Below are positions 22,031 through 31,632 of a stretch of DNA of 64,000 bases, in pieces. Source of the DNA: Spirochaetia bacterium. GTDB taxonomy: Bacteria > Spirochaetota > Spirochaetia > SP-2023. The translations under genes and the position numbers were made by a program. Location: assembly GCA_965225855.1 (NCBI GenBank), contig CBDDCK010000001.1, positions 32,001 to 96,000 of the forward strand, written 5' to 3'. Under the pieces are notes generated by a model. The model searched no databases, had not been told where the DNA came from, and worked only from the letters and a program-made list of their open reading frames with translations. Positions within the stretch are counted from its first letter, which is position 1; each line of letters begins with the position of its first letter.

Positions 22031-23443
22031 CTAGCCAGCAATGATAAGGCCAGCAAAACGCAAGTCAGGCGCAAAAAAGCCTTTGCCACTAGTCGCTTTC
22101 AATTCACCACCAACAGCATTAAGTTTCTGCAACATTGTATAAAAATTCCCAGCCAAAGTTACATCACGCACACTTTGGATAATTTTACCATCGCGATATA
22201 ACTTACCCGTACAAGGCACAGAAAAATCCCCACTGATAGCATCACAACCTGAATGCAAGCCAGCCAATTCCTGCACTTCTAAAAATTCCCCTGTGCGTAC
22301 ATCACCCGCACCATTTTTCGGGGCAATCAATAGGCAGTTGCCCTCTGTACCCAAACCGCTTTGCGCTGAACGGGCGGCTCTTGCATTGGTTTCTGTGCCA
22401 AAATATTTTGCCGTTTCGCAATTGTGGTAAAAGTTTTGCAACACACCATTTTCAATCAATTGTAAATCTTGCGGTATCTGCCCTTCAGCATCAAAATATT
22501 GTATGTGTAGCGAATCTCGATAACGGGGCATATCGAGAATTTGTAGGTCTTCTGCTGCAATTATTTCCCCCAGTTTATCGCGCAATGGGTTTGTTTTTGT
22601 CTTGGCGGCAAAACCAGAAAATATTACCTCAAAGCAACTTAACAATGAAGCAAGGGCTTCAGTGGTAAAAATAACATCATAATTACCACTGGAAATAGGC
22701 TTTGCCTGTAACAAGCTACTGGCTTGCGCAATGGCCGTCTCCACGCAATATTGCCAATCCAAACCAGCAAAATAACGCGACATAAACGCTTCACCATAGT
22801 CGGCCTTATTGCCATTTTCTTCCATCAATACGTAAGTATAGCAGTTGTAGCCGTGAGAACGTTCATAGCAGAATACACCATTACTGTTGGCCACATAATA
22901 GCCTGAACGGCTTTCACCAAAACCATTATAGGGCACAACTAGCACCCGAGAATCACACGCATGGGGCTCTTTTTCCAATTTGAGGGCAAGCTCTTCTTTG
23001 GCTTCCCAAGCGATTTTTTCATCGCTGTATTGCTCGCTGCAATCGGGTAGCAACATTCCGTTTTGAGACCCATTTTGAGGCTGACTATGAATCCCGCGGC
23101 TGAAATCGCTCTTGGTAAATACCGCATTGGCCAAAGCCATTTCAACCATGCTGCGGCGGTCTGCCTCGCGCATGGACTCACTGTAGGATAGTCCCATGCG
23201 TCCATCTTTTTCCACCCGAATACCCATGATCCGCGAAGCAGAAATCTTATTTTCGGCAATCTTGCCGCTTTGGGCTTTTAAACTTTGGCTCTCGCTTTCT
23301 GAAAGGACAATGTCGGCAGCATTGGCCCCCGCACTCAAAGCCATATCCAGTGTTTGGCGGATACAAGCTGCCATGTCTACATTGAGCCCGCTTTGGCCTT
23401 CCTCCAGCCAGTCTATCCCCACGCTGCAAAAATTATTTGCCAT
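22031..23443 (-). CDS. pmbA: TldD/PmbA family protein, PmbA/TldE-like
   Basis: FDAEG, LIENGVL, SGDFS, TLAGN; lacks the HExxxH motif; abuts tldD. Confidence 0.85.
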   Translation of the reverse strand: MANNFCSVGIDWLEEGQSGLNVDMAACIRQTLDMALSAGANAADIVLSESESQSLKAQSGKIAENKISASRIMGIRVEKDGRMGLSYSESMREADRRSMVEMALANAVFTKSDFSRGIHSQPQNGSQNGMLLPDCSEQYSDEKIAWEAKEELALKLEKEPHACDSRVLVVPYNGFGESRSGYYVANSNGVFCYERSHGYNCYTYVLMEENGNKADYGEAFMSRYFAGLDWQYCVETAIAQASSLLQAKPISSGNYDVIFTTEALASLLSCFEVIFSGFAAKTKTNPLRDKLGEIIAAEDLQILDMPRYRDSLHIQYFDAEGQIPQDLQLIENGVLQNFYHNCETAKYFGTETNARAARSAQSGLGTEGNCLLIAPKNGAGDVRTGEFLEVQELAGLHSGCDAISGDFSVPCTGKLYRDGKIIQSVRDVTLAGNFYTMLQKLNAVGGELKATSGKGFFAPDLRFAGLIIAG

Positions 23444-24853
23444 CTATTCATCTCCCCCAATTAGAATTTCATCTACTTTAATTGCCGGCTGCCCTACATT
23501 GGCAGGGATATTGCCGCTAACCGAACCGCAAACCCCTTGGCCATGTTCTAAGTTGTCCGCAACCATGCTAATACGCTGGATAATCTCTTCACCCCGACCA
23601 ATTAAACTAGCCGAACGCACAGCCTCGGCAATTTTGCCATTGCGTATGATATAGGCCTCATCGGCGGCAAAGTTAAATTCGCCGGTGCCGGGGCTAACCG
23701 AACCCCCGCCCATTTTATGGGCGTATAGGCCGTAATCAATGGAAGAAATGAGCTGTTCGAGCTTGTGCGTTCCCGCTTCTATAAACGTGTTGCGCATGCG
23801 CGATGCTGGGGCAAAGCGGTAGGACTGACGCCGCCCCGAACCAGTACGCGCATAGCCGGTTTGAATGGAACCCACTAAATCCACCATGTAACTTTGTAAG
23901 ACCCCGTCTTTAATCAATTGAGTGCGCTGGGTAGGCAGGCCTTCATCATCGAAATTGAGTGAGCCCCATTCGCCTGCTATCGTGCCATCGTCAACGGCAT
24001 TGACACAGGGACTGGCAATTTGCTGGCCCAGTTTGTCGCAAAACACGCTGGCTTTTTTGGCGACAGCTGTGGTTTCCAGTGAATGGCCACAAGCCTCGTG
24101 GAAGATAACCCCACCAAAACCGTTGCCTATTACAACCGGCAATTTACCAGCCGGGCAGGCCACCGCCTGCAATTTTAACAAAGCCCGCTGCACCACTTTG
24201 CTCGCTAAATCTTCTACATTTAGGCTTTGGGCAAATTCCCAGCCGGCTTGGGCACCCGGTGCTTCATAGCCCATACTTTCGCGCGTGCCATCTTGGGCGA
24301 TGGCTTGGCAGACACAGCGAATATAATTGCGCTCATCTTCGGTAAGCTGGCCTTCACTATTGAAAACCTGTATCTTCTGGCGGCTCTGGGCCAACATTGC
24401 ATAGACTTGCGATAGCTTTTCGCCGCCCTCTTTACGGGCGGCTTGATCGAGTGCTTGGAGAAACTCACTCTTTTGCTGGATAGGTACAGCATGTTCCAAG
24501 CTCAATATTGCGGCTTTATTTACCTGGCCTATATTTGCTTCTGGCTTGAGTAGCGCAAACGCTGGCGCCTGCCATTGTTCTTTAGGCAAATTTTGTATGC
24601 TTTGCTTTTGCTTGTGTAGTAAGGTAATTAGTTCGCTTTCTTCCAAGGTGTTACTGTAGCAATAATAGACTTGGTCGCCAAACAACAGGCGAATCCCAAC
24701 CCCCGCATCAATACCACTTTGGCAATGCTCAATTTCTGAACTTAGCAGCGATAGCGATGCTCGGTAAGTATTTTCGACAAAGATTTCCACGTAGTCGGCA
24801 CCGGTACTCTTACCCGCTTCCAATATCTTGGCAGCACTTTCTTGGCTCAACAT
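23444..24853 (-). CDS. tldD: TldD metalloprotease
   Basis: GGVIFHEACGHSLE, DDEG, GSGRRQSYRFAPASRMRNT, CGS..GQP. Confidence 0.93.
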   Translation of the reverse strand: MLSQESAAKILEAGKSTGADYVEIFVENTYRASLSLLSSEIEHCQSGIDAGVGIRLLFGDQVYYCYSNTLEESELITLLHKQKQSIQNLPKEQWQAPAFALLKPEANIGQVNKAAILSLEHAVPIQQKSEFLQALDQAARKEGGEKLSQVYAMLAQSRQKIQVFNSEGQLTEDERNYIRCVCQAIAQDGTRESMGYEAPGAQAGWEFAQSLNVEDLASKVVQRALLKLQAVACPAGKLPVVIGNGFGGVIFHEACGHSLETTAVAKKASVFCDKLGQQIASPCVNAVDDGTIAGEWGSLNFDDEGLPTQRTQLIKDGVLQSYMVDLVGSIQTGYARTGSGRRQSYRFAPASRMRNTFIEAGTHKLEQLISSIDYGLYAHKMGGGSVSPGTGEFNFAADEAYIIRNGKIAEAVRSASLIGRGEEIIQRISMVADNLEHGQGVCGSVSGNIPANVGQPAIKVDEILIGGDE

Positions 24854-24915
24854 CTACAGCTCCTTTGCTATTTGTTATGCTTATCATGTTTGTTCTGTTT
24901 ACTATCCTTATGTAT

Positions 24916-25182
24916 TTATGGGTGAAGCAGGGTATCCAATTGACCTTCATGTTCTAAAGCATACAGATCATCACAGCCACCAATGTGTACCCCGTTGATA
25001 AATATTTGGGGGTAAGTGTGCCTGTTGGAACGCTCTTGCATTTCTTGGCGCAAGCGATCATCTACAGCGGCAGGATATTCTTGCACTACCACGCCTTTAC
25101 TTTGCAGTAACGCCCTAGCTCTTATGCAATACGGGCAGCCATCTTTATAATACATTTCGACTTCAGTTTGGTCTTTGTTCAT
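24916..25182 (-). CDS. grxC: Glutaredoxin 3
   Basis: CPYC, TYPQIFING.HIGGCDDL. Start MNKDQ after AGGAG. Confidence 0.92.
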   Translation of the reverse strand: MNKDQTEVEMYYKDGCPYCIRARALLQSKGVVVQEYPAAVDDRLRQEMQERSNRHTYPQIFINGVHIGGCDDLYALEHEGQLDTLLHP

Positions 25183-25298
25183 ACCAGCTCCTAGTTTCAT
25201 TTTATGGGGTGCGATTATAACTAAAACCCCAGCAAAAGGCAAGAGATAAAATCCAACTTTTCATAGAACTTAGTTTGTCAAGCAAGACACTCATCGCC

Positions 25299-25386
25299 CT
25301 AATAGAAAACTCTATTAGCCCTACTAGAGAGAATCTATTAGGTTTAATTCAGAAAATCTAGTACGTATAATAGAGGTAATCTATAC
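25299..25386. repeat. Degenerate 4-unit array with 23-bp period
   Basis: TCTA recurs at 25311, 25334, 25357 and 25380; the first unit is the inverted repeat CTAATAGA-AAAC-TCTATTAG. Confidence 0.55.
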
Positions 25387-25744
25387 AAAGTAAAAATGGA
25401 ATTATCTAGCTGATATAAAACTACAAATAATAACTAATGCGAATATGTAGCGTTTGGCTAAAAGTAAAGTACATACCCTGTGCCAAAGTACTACTCATAG
25501 GACTGTTGAGCATAATAATCTCGGGTAGCAAACGGCTTAGCGACCCCCCAAACTTTCACAACAAAAACCAAACCATGCCCTAATTATGTACTTTTGAAAA
25601 GTAACAATTATGGACTAGGTCGGTCCATAGTTATCGACTTGCTGCGTCTATAGCTATGGACTGGTTGCTTTGATGGTTTATAGATTACAATAATATTCAA
25701 TGCAAATGGATTGGCATGGATTTTTAACCACCTTACAACACTAA

Positions 25745-25911
25745 CACACAAAAAAAGTGCCCCAAACATAAAAAAGCACAAAAAAACTTACAAAAAGCTT
25801 ACAAAAAGCTTGTATGGGTCTTGACGCAACACCCCCCCTCACAAAATAGGGCACTATACAATAGCCCGTATGGGTTTTGTCAATCTCAAGCCATTTTTGG
25901 AGGTATTGCTT
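25745..25911 (+). promoter_or_regulatory. Promoter/leader of lipoprotein paralogue 1: phased A-tracts, TTGACG-N15(C7)-CAAAAT, GGAGG RBS
   Basis: -35 at 25821-25826, C7 at 25832-25838, putative -10 at 25842-25847; very similar to 42782-42938. Confidence 0.6.
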
Positions 25912-28056
25912 ATGTATAAGCTCAAACTATTTTTATTGCCATTAGCCTGTCTACTGGCCTTTATGGCCTTTGCCTGCGCCCCGCCCGATGACGATGATCG
26001 ATCTTCTGGGCCGTCTTCTGGGCCTGCAATCACCAGTGCAAGCTACGATGTTGGCACGGCTATCTTAACCGTACAAGGTACTGACTTAAGTCCTACAACT
26101 GCGACCCAAGCGCAAATCCAAACTATCAGGGTAGGGAGCCGAACAAATGGTGTAGCCTTCAGTTCCTATACTGCAGATGACGATGCCACTGGGGTAAATA
26201 GTAACGGTCTTGAACAAGGTAAGTACCGTATGAAAAGCGATGGCACAGCGCTTTGGCTTAGACTTACCAATCGACATAAAGCTACTCTTGAGGCCAAGGT
26301 GGGTAGCGATAGTCTAAAAAAAGGGTTGCTTAGCGTTGGCACTGGTACTTGGGCGGGTTTAGATACAGCCAAAGACTTAACCGTTAATATACTCGGTAAG
26401 CCATCTAAGCAAACCGAAGCCGAACAAGACGAACAAGCCGAAGAGCAGTCGCCTAAGCAAACTGAAGACGAACAAACCGAACAAGCCGAAGATAAGCAGT
26501 CTAAGACCGAAACCGAAGAGCAGTCGCCTAAGCAACCTAAAGACGAACAAGTCGAACAAGCTGAACAAGTCGAACAAGCTGAAGAAGAGTCGCCTAAAGC
26601 TGCAATTACCCGTGCCATCTACGATGTTGGCACGGCTATCTTAACTGTACAAGGTACTCACTTAAGTAGTGCGACCCAAGCGCAAATCCAAACCATCAAA
26701 GTATATGACCTAGTCTTAAGTTCCTATATTGCAGATGGCACAGCCACTGGGCCAGATAGTCGCAGTCTTGCAAAAGGTAAGTACCGTATTAAAAGCGATG
26801 GCACAGCGCTTTGGCTGAAACTTACCGATCCACATAAAGCTGCTCTTGAGGCCAAGCCCGGTATGAATAAGGATGGTAGAAAAGTCGGGTTGCTTAGCGT
26901 TGGCACTGGTACTTGGGCGGGTTTAAATACAGCCAAAGACTTAACCGTTAGTGGAAACCCCGACCCCGCAATTACCCGTGCAAGCTACCATGTTGGCACG
27001 GCGCTGCTAACTTTACAAGGTACTCACTTAGGTAGTGCGACCCAAGCCCAAATCCAAACCATCAAAGTATATGGCGTAGTCTTAAGTTCCTATACTGCAG
27101 ATGACCCAGCCACTGGGCCAGATAGTCGCAGTCTTGCAAAAGGTAAGTACCGTATGAAAAGCGATGGCACAGCGCTTTGGCTTAGACTTACCGATGCCGA
27201 TAAAGCTACTCTGAATGACAAGAAAGGTATGGATACCAATGGTCTAAAAGATGGGTTGCTTACTAGCACTGGTACTTGGGCGGGTTTCGATACAGCCAAA
27301 GCCTTAACCGTTAGTGGACACCCACCCGCAATTACCAGTGCAACCTACGATGCTGTTACAGGCTGGTTAGTGATTACAGGTACTAATTTACCAAAAACAG
27401 TTACAGGCTGGGACTTTAGCAAATTGAGGTTTGTCTCAGGTATTGGTCTTGAGAGTCAACCATTAGAAAAGCACTCAACTACAGGTGCAGACAGAGCCAC
27501 AGGTTCTGCAGCAAGTGGCACATTCTTAGTGATTATTTTAGAGGGTGAAGAAAGAATAAAAGCCTCTAATTCATTGACGCAGAATGGTCTTGGTGATGAT
27601 GATGGTGCATACAACCTGAAAGCAGCAGCAGGATTTGCAGGTGGTAGCGCAGCAGACACAAGCAATAACCCGATTACCGTTAGTGGGTATGTAAGCCAGA
27701 TCAGCACCTTATACTACTATCCTAATAAAGGCGAGTTAGTGATTTCTGGTAACAAGTTACCGAAAACAGTTGCAGACTGGGACTTTAGCAAATTGACGCT
27801 TGTATCCGGTGATGGTAATAAGAGATACTCATTACCTAAGCACGCAACAGGTGCTGCAAACACAGCCACAGGTTCTAAGGCAAGTAGAGCAAGCTTATAT
27901 ATTACTTTAAGCGGTAGTGTAAAAGCGGAAGTCGATAAGATACTGGTTAAGGTTGGTTATAGTGATGATGCTGGTGCATACAACCTTAAAGCAGCAGCAG
28001 GATTTGTAACGGGTAATCCAGAAGACTTAACAAATCAGATTAGAGTTGTAGATTAG
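25912..28056 (+). CDS. Modular surface lipoprotein with ~120-aa repeats (A-linker-A-A-B-B), putative adhesin
   Basis: Lipobox FMAFAC; module A (..GKYRMKSDGTALWLRLT..) x3; module B (..WDFSKL..GAYNLKAAAGF..) x2; E/Q-rich linker; start after GGAGG. Confidence 0.85.
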   Translation: MYKLKLFLLPLACLLAFMAFACAPPDDDDRSSGPSSGPAITSASYDVGTAILTVQGTDLSPTTATQAQIQTIRVGSRTNGVAFSSYTADDDATGVNSNGLEQGKYRMKSDGTALWLRLTNRHKATLEAKVGSDSLKKGLLSVGTGTWAGLDTAKDLTVNILGKPSKQTEAEQDEQAEEQSPKQTEDEQTEQAEDKQSKTETEEQSPKQPKDEQVEQAEQVEQAEEESPKAAITRAIYDVGTAILTVQGTHLSSATQAQIQTIKVYDLVLSSYIADGTATGPDSRSLAKGKYRIKSDGTALWLKLTDPHKAALEAKPGMNKDGRKVGLLSVGTGTWAGLNTAKDLTVSGNPDPAITRASYHVGTALLTLQGTHLGSATQAQIQTIKVYGVVLSSYTADDPATGPDSRSLAKGKYRMKSDGTALWLRLTDADKATLNDKKGMDTNGLKDGLLTSTGTWAGFDTAKALTVSGHPPAITSATYDAVTGWLVITGTNLPKTVTGWDFSKLRFVSGIGLESQPLEKHSTTGADRATGSAASGTFLVIILEGEERIKASNSLTQNGLGDDDGAYNLKAAAGFAGGSAADTSNNPITVSGYVSQISTLYYYPNKGELVISGNKLPKTVADWDFSKLTLVSGDGNKRYSLPKHATGAANTATGSKASRASLYITLSGSVKAEVDKILVKVGYSDDAGAYNLKAAAGFVTGNPEDLTNQIRVVD

Positions 28057-28182
28057 TAAGTAGGGTTTGGTTGTTGCAACGCTTGCATTGGCCAATTGCA
28101 GCCTTGGTAAGTTTTTTAGCAAGGCTGCTTTTATCAATTATAGCCTTGGTATAAAGTATTGTTCCGCATTGGTGCAATACAT

Positions 28183-28222
28183 CTTTCCGCCTTGGATCAA
28201 GGCCTTGATCCAAGGCGGAAAG
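28183..28222. repeat. Perfect 40-bp palindrome
   Basis: CTTTCCGCCTTGGATCAAGG|CCTTGATCCAAGGCGGAAAG, no loop and no mismatch. Confidence 0.9.
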
Positions 28223-28335
28223 CTATATCATAGCAAGGCACTAAAAAATTTATTAAGTCTACAAACTTTTTTAGTAATAGCTTTGAACAAACCCCTTACA
28301 ATAATTATTACCAGAACGTTGCCATAACAATTAAG

Positions 28336-29120
28336 AGAGTCTCTTAATGCCTAACAAGAGAATTTCTTAATAACTAACAATAGAATTTCTGAATACCCAA
28401 CAACAGAGTTTCTGAATACCCAATAATAGAGTCTCTTAATGCCCAACAACAGAATTTCTGAATACCCAACAATAGAGTTTCTTAATGCCCAACAACAGAA
28501 TTTCTTAATACCTAATAATAGAGTTTCTTAATGCCCAACAACAGAATTTCTGAATACCCAACAATAGAGTCTCTTAATGCCCAACAACAGAATTTCTGAA
28601 TACCCAATAATAGAGTTTCTGAATACCCAACAACAGAATTTCTGAATACCCAACAACAGAATTTCTTAATGCCCAACAACAGAATTTCTTAATGCCCAAC
28701 AACAGAATTTCTTAATGCCCAACAACAGAATTTCTTAATGCCCAACAACAGAATTTCTTAATGCCCAACAACAGAATTTCTTAATGCCCAACAACAGAAT
28801 TTCTTAATGCCCAACAACAGAATTTCTGAATACCCAATAATAGAGTTTCTGAATACCCAACAACAGAATTTCTTAATGCCCAACAACAGAATTTCTTAAT
28901 GCCCAACAAGAGAATTTCTGAATACCCAACAACAGAATTTCTTAATGCCCAACAAGAGAATTTCTTAATGCCCAACAACAGAATTTCTTAATGCCCAACA
29001 ACAGAATTTCTTAATGCCCAACAACAGAATTTCTTAATGCCCAACAACAGAATTTCTTAATGCCCAACAACAGAATTTCTTAATGCCCAACAACAGAATT
29101 TCTGAATACCTAACAAGAGA
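28336..29120. repeat. Tandem array, 34 copies of a 23-bp unit (consensus AGAATTTCTTAATGCCCAACAAC)
   Basis: First AGA core at 28336 and last at 29118, a distance of 34 x 23 bp. No spacers and no net indels; a few recurrent variants. Confidence 0.97.
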
Positions 29121-29373
29121 TTTTTGTAACAAGATAAACTTTGGCCAAGCCTTGCTTGCCTTTTTGGTGGGCACTATGGCTAGCAAGTCGTTTTATTTTG
29201 TGTGTGCCATACGCTTTTTTGTGCATTCTATAAAATCATCTCTTGCTATGGTATTGTGGCCGATCGGGTGGCGTTTGAATGTTTCTTTACAGAAAATCAC
29301 CTAGCAAACTATTGACTAAATCACTATCAATCATTATTTTCTAAAAAATCTTTTAAACATATTGAGAAAGCTT

Positions 29374-30528
29374 ATGTACAAATTCTTATTTTTGCTGTTG
29401 GTCACGTTTTTTATTATAGCACCTTACAGCTATGCTAAAGGAAAAGGGCCAAGTCCAAAGAGTTCAGACCCAAAGCTAAGCATTGATTATTCTGATGTAA
29501 AACTGTTTTACGCGACTATCGAAGAGGCAAGACAAAAAAATATCCCCATAACGGGAAAATATCTTTATGAAAACTACTTGACAAAGGCCAGCCCCGGCCT
29601 GCAAAAGAGTTATGTCAAAAACCGGACAGATATGTTCCCCCAAAGAGATGGCGCAATAGACTTTGAAAAATACAATGCCAAGATAGAAACATTACTGCCG
29701 TTCTTTGAGAAAAATAAAGATATTTTCTTGCAAGAAGTCCTAAGCGAACAACAAGTACAACAAATCGGTAAAGATATTTGCCGATTTTTGGGAGAGCAAA
29801 TGTGTAATCGTTTACTAAAGGACAAAGTGGTATATTATTCTATCAGTGGTGGCTTCAATATGGGCGGGACAGCTTTTGAAGATGGTATCTTTTTGGATAG
29901 AACCATGGTATATGGTGAAAATGTCGATTACTCTTTATTACCTGAAAACGAGCAATGGGCTGCCAAAAATACTATGCCCAGTAAAGAGAATCATTATAGT
30001 ATGGTTGCCCATGAGTTTTTCCATACATTCCAACAACTTGTCTACGATCCTGAAAAGGACTCTATTGCCCAATATAAAGGGCCCAATTTAAAACATTTTG
30101 CTTTAGTAGAAGGTGCGGCAAACTTTTTTGCCACCCAAGTTATTCCAAAAGATAAACAGTTTGGACAAAAGAAAGAGCAGCAGTATATGCAACAAAACCC
30201 ACAAAAATATATAGAGTTTTCCCAAGACATACAAAGGGCAAGCCAAGTAAGCGATAGAAGGAGCTTTAGAGAGATTGCCGGAAAATGGTTTTATAATCGA
30301 GAATCCCAAGAAGTCCAAGATGGGCTCTACCCAGAAGACCTCGGTTATTATATAGGGCAAGAGATATCCAGAGCCTTCTTTGAACAAGAATTACAAGCCG
30401 GAAACAGCCGAGAAGCGGCCTTAAACAAACTGCTAAGACTAAAAATTTCCGATAACATGATGGAAAGAATTTTGCAAAGCCTAGCTGCAGATGAAATAGC
30501 TGTAAATGGAAAAGATCAAAGGCCTTAG
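29374..30528 (+). CDS. Secreted Zn-dependent protease, DUF2268-like
   Basis: Signal peptide; VAHEFFH, EGAANF and DLGYYIG motifs. Confidence 0.75.
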   Translation: MYKFLFLLLVTFFIIAPYSYAKGKGPSPKSSDPKLSIDYSDVKLFYATIEEARQKNIPITGKYLYENYLTKASPGLQKSYVKNRTDMFPQRDGAIDFEKYNAKIETLLPFFEKNKDIFLQEVLSEQQVQQIGKDICRFLGEQMCNRLLKDKVVYYSISGGFNMGGTAFEDGIFLDRTMVYGENVDYSLLPENEQWAAKNTMPSKENHYSMVAHEFFHTFQQLVYDPEKDSIAQYKGPNLKHFALVEGAANFFATQVIPKDKQFGQKKEQQYMQQNPQKYIEFSQDIQRASQVSDRRSFREIAGKWFYNRESQEVQDGLYPEDLGYYIGQEISRAFFEQELQAGNSREAALNKLLRLKISDNMMERILQSLAADEIAVNGKDQRP

Positions 30529-30589
30529 GCACAAGACAAAAAAAGCTGTGGGCACAAAAAGAGTAGGCCGCTTAAATCGAAGGATCGAG

Positions 30590-30709
30590 CTAAGGGCCCC
30601 TTCTTAGCGCGCCGTCCACCACAATATTCTGCCCCGTTATGTAAGAGCCCGCCCGACTGCAGAGTAATAACAGAGCACCGACCAAGTCTTCTGGTCTTCC
30701 AACGCGCCG
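30590..30709 (-). pseudogene. SDR-family oxidoreductase C-terminal remnant
   Basis: Translates [33 protein letters not shown], the classic SDR C-terminus; no N-terminal part present. Confidence 0.75.
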
Positions 30710-30710
30710 G

Positions 30711-31285
30711 CTAATCGTGAGCCGAAATCTTGGTGGCCAATAATTGTTGGATATATTTAGTTAGCCCTTGCTTCATTTGCTCTTTATTGACAAGCTTTTC
30801 TAACTGCTCTTCAATGGTAAAAATCGCTTTGATGATTTTTTGCAAAGATAGAGTTTGGTATTTTATAGCTAATGAAGAATCATCATTAAAGCTTTTATCT
30901 TGGGCTTGCAAAACTTCCCCAATACCTTCTTAAGCAGATATTGAAAGGCTTCATTATCGTAGCTGACGGTATGGAAATTTTCTAACAAGTGGTCGTGTTG
31001 GCTATCCCAATCACTAACTAACTTATATCTACAAACAGCTAAGAACAAAACGGCGGTAGTTAAACGCTACTGGCCATCGACAATATCGTATTGTTGTTGG
31101 CCATCTACTTGGTTTTTTACACACTCTACAATGAAATGGCTATAATAATAGGTTATGGATTTTTGGCTAGAACGCTCTAAGTCCACAATAAACTCCCTTA
31201 CTTGTCTATCTCCCCAAGCAAAAGCCCTCTGGTAATCGGGCACTGTGATTTCTTTACAAGAGAGTAAATTCTCAAACCGTTGCAT
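30711..31285 (-). pseudogene. DUF262 (GmrSD-like) nuclease, truncated and nonsense-mutated
   Basis: VPDYQRAFAW and IVDGQ*RLTT (DGQQR with a TAG at 31067-31069); continues with a frameshift and ends at 30711. Confidence 0.8.
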
Positions 31286-31632
31286 ATGATGTCCTTTTGA
31301 TCAATGTACATTTATTTTTTGCTCCTTAGAGTCTATCATACGCTATACTTAAAACGGCTAGGTTTTGCCAAATCTAGCCTTTGGAATCGACAATTTTATA
31401 TAAGCTTTTGGCAGAATCCTGCTTGATACTTGCAATGGTTTAAGTTGGTTTTAGGCGACAATATATTGATCAAAAATAAATACTTAGTTAGATTATCTAA
31501 CTACTTGCCCTTTCAGCAGGTTTTGAACCAGTTGGTGTAAACCTAAACGGTAGTAAATGCGGTGTACTTAGCATAGTAAAGTCCATCGGGAGTTTAGAAA
31601 GCGGCAGAGGTGATTTTGGAGAGAGCAAATAT

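Noticed and set aside
22031..25182. tldD-pmbA-grxC as a peptide (RiPP) maturation system
   Set aside because: No precursor or modification enzymes adjacent; an ordinary housekeeping arrangement.
6930..25644. Shared 14-mer TTATCGACTTGCTG at 6930 and 25631
   Set aside because: Several 14-bp matches are expected by chance in 64 kb.
25815..25900. Riboswitch in the shared lipoprotein leader
   Set aside because: Small hairpins exist (AGCCC-GTAT-GGGTT) but I see no match to a known aptamer; the promoter reading fits better. An Rfam scan would settle it.
28336..29120. CRISPR array
   Set aside because: Units are directly abutting with no unique spacers, and no cas genes are present.
28781..29304. 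ORFs 28781..28978 (-) and 29083..29304 (+)
   Set aside because: Translations of the 23-bp repeat or start inside it; no coding evidence.
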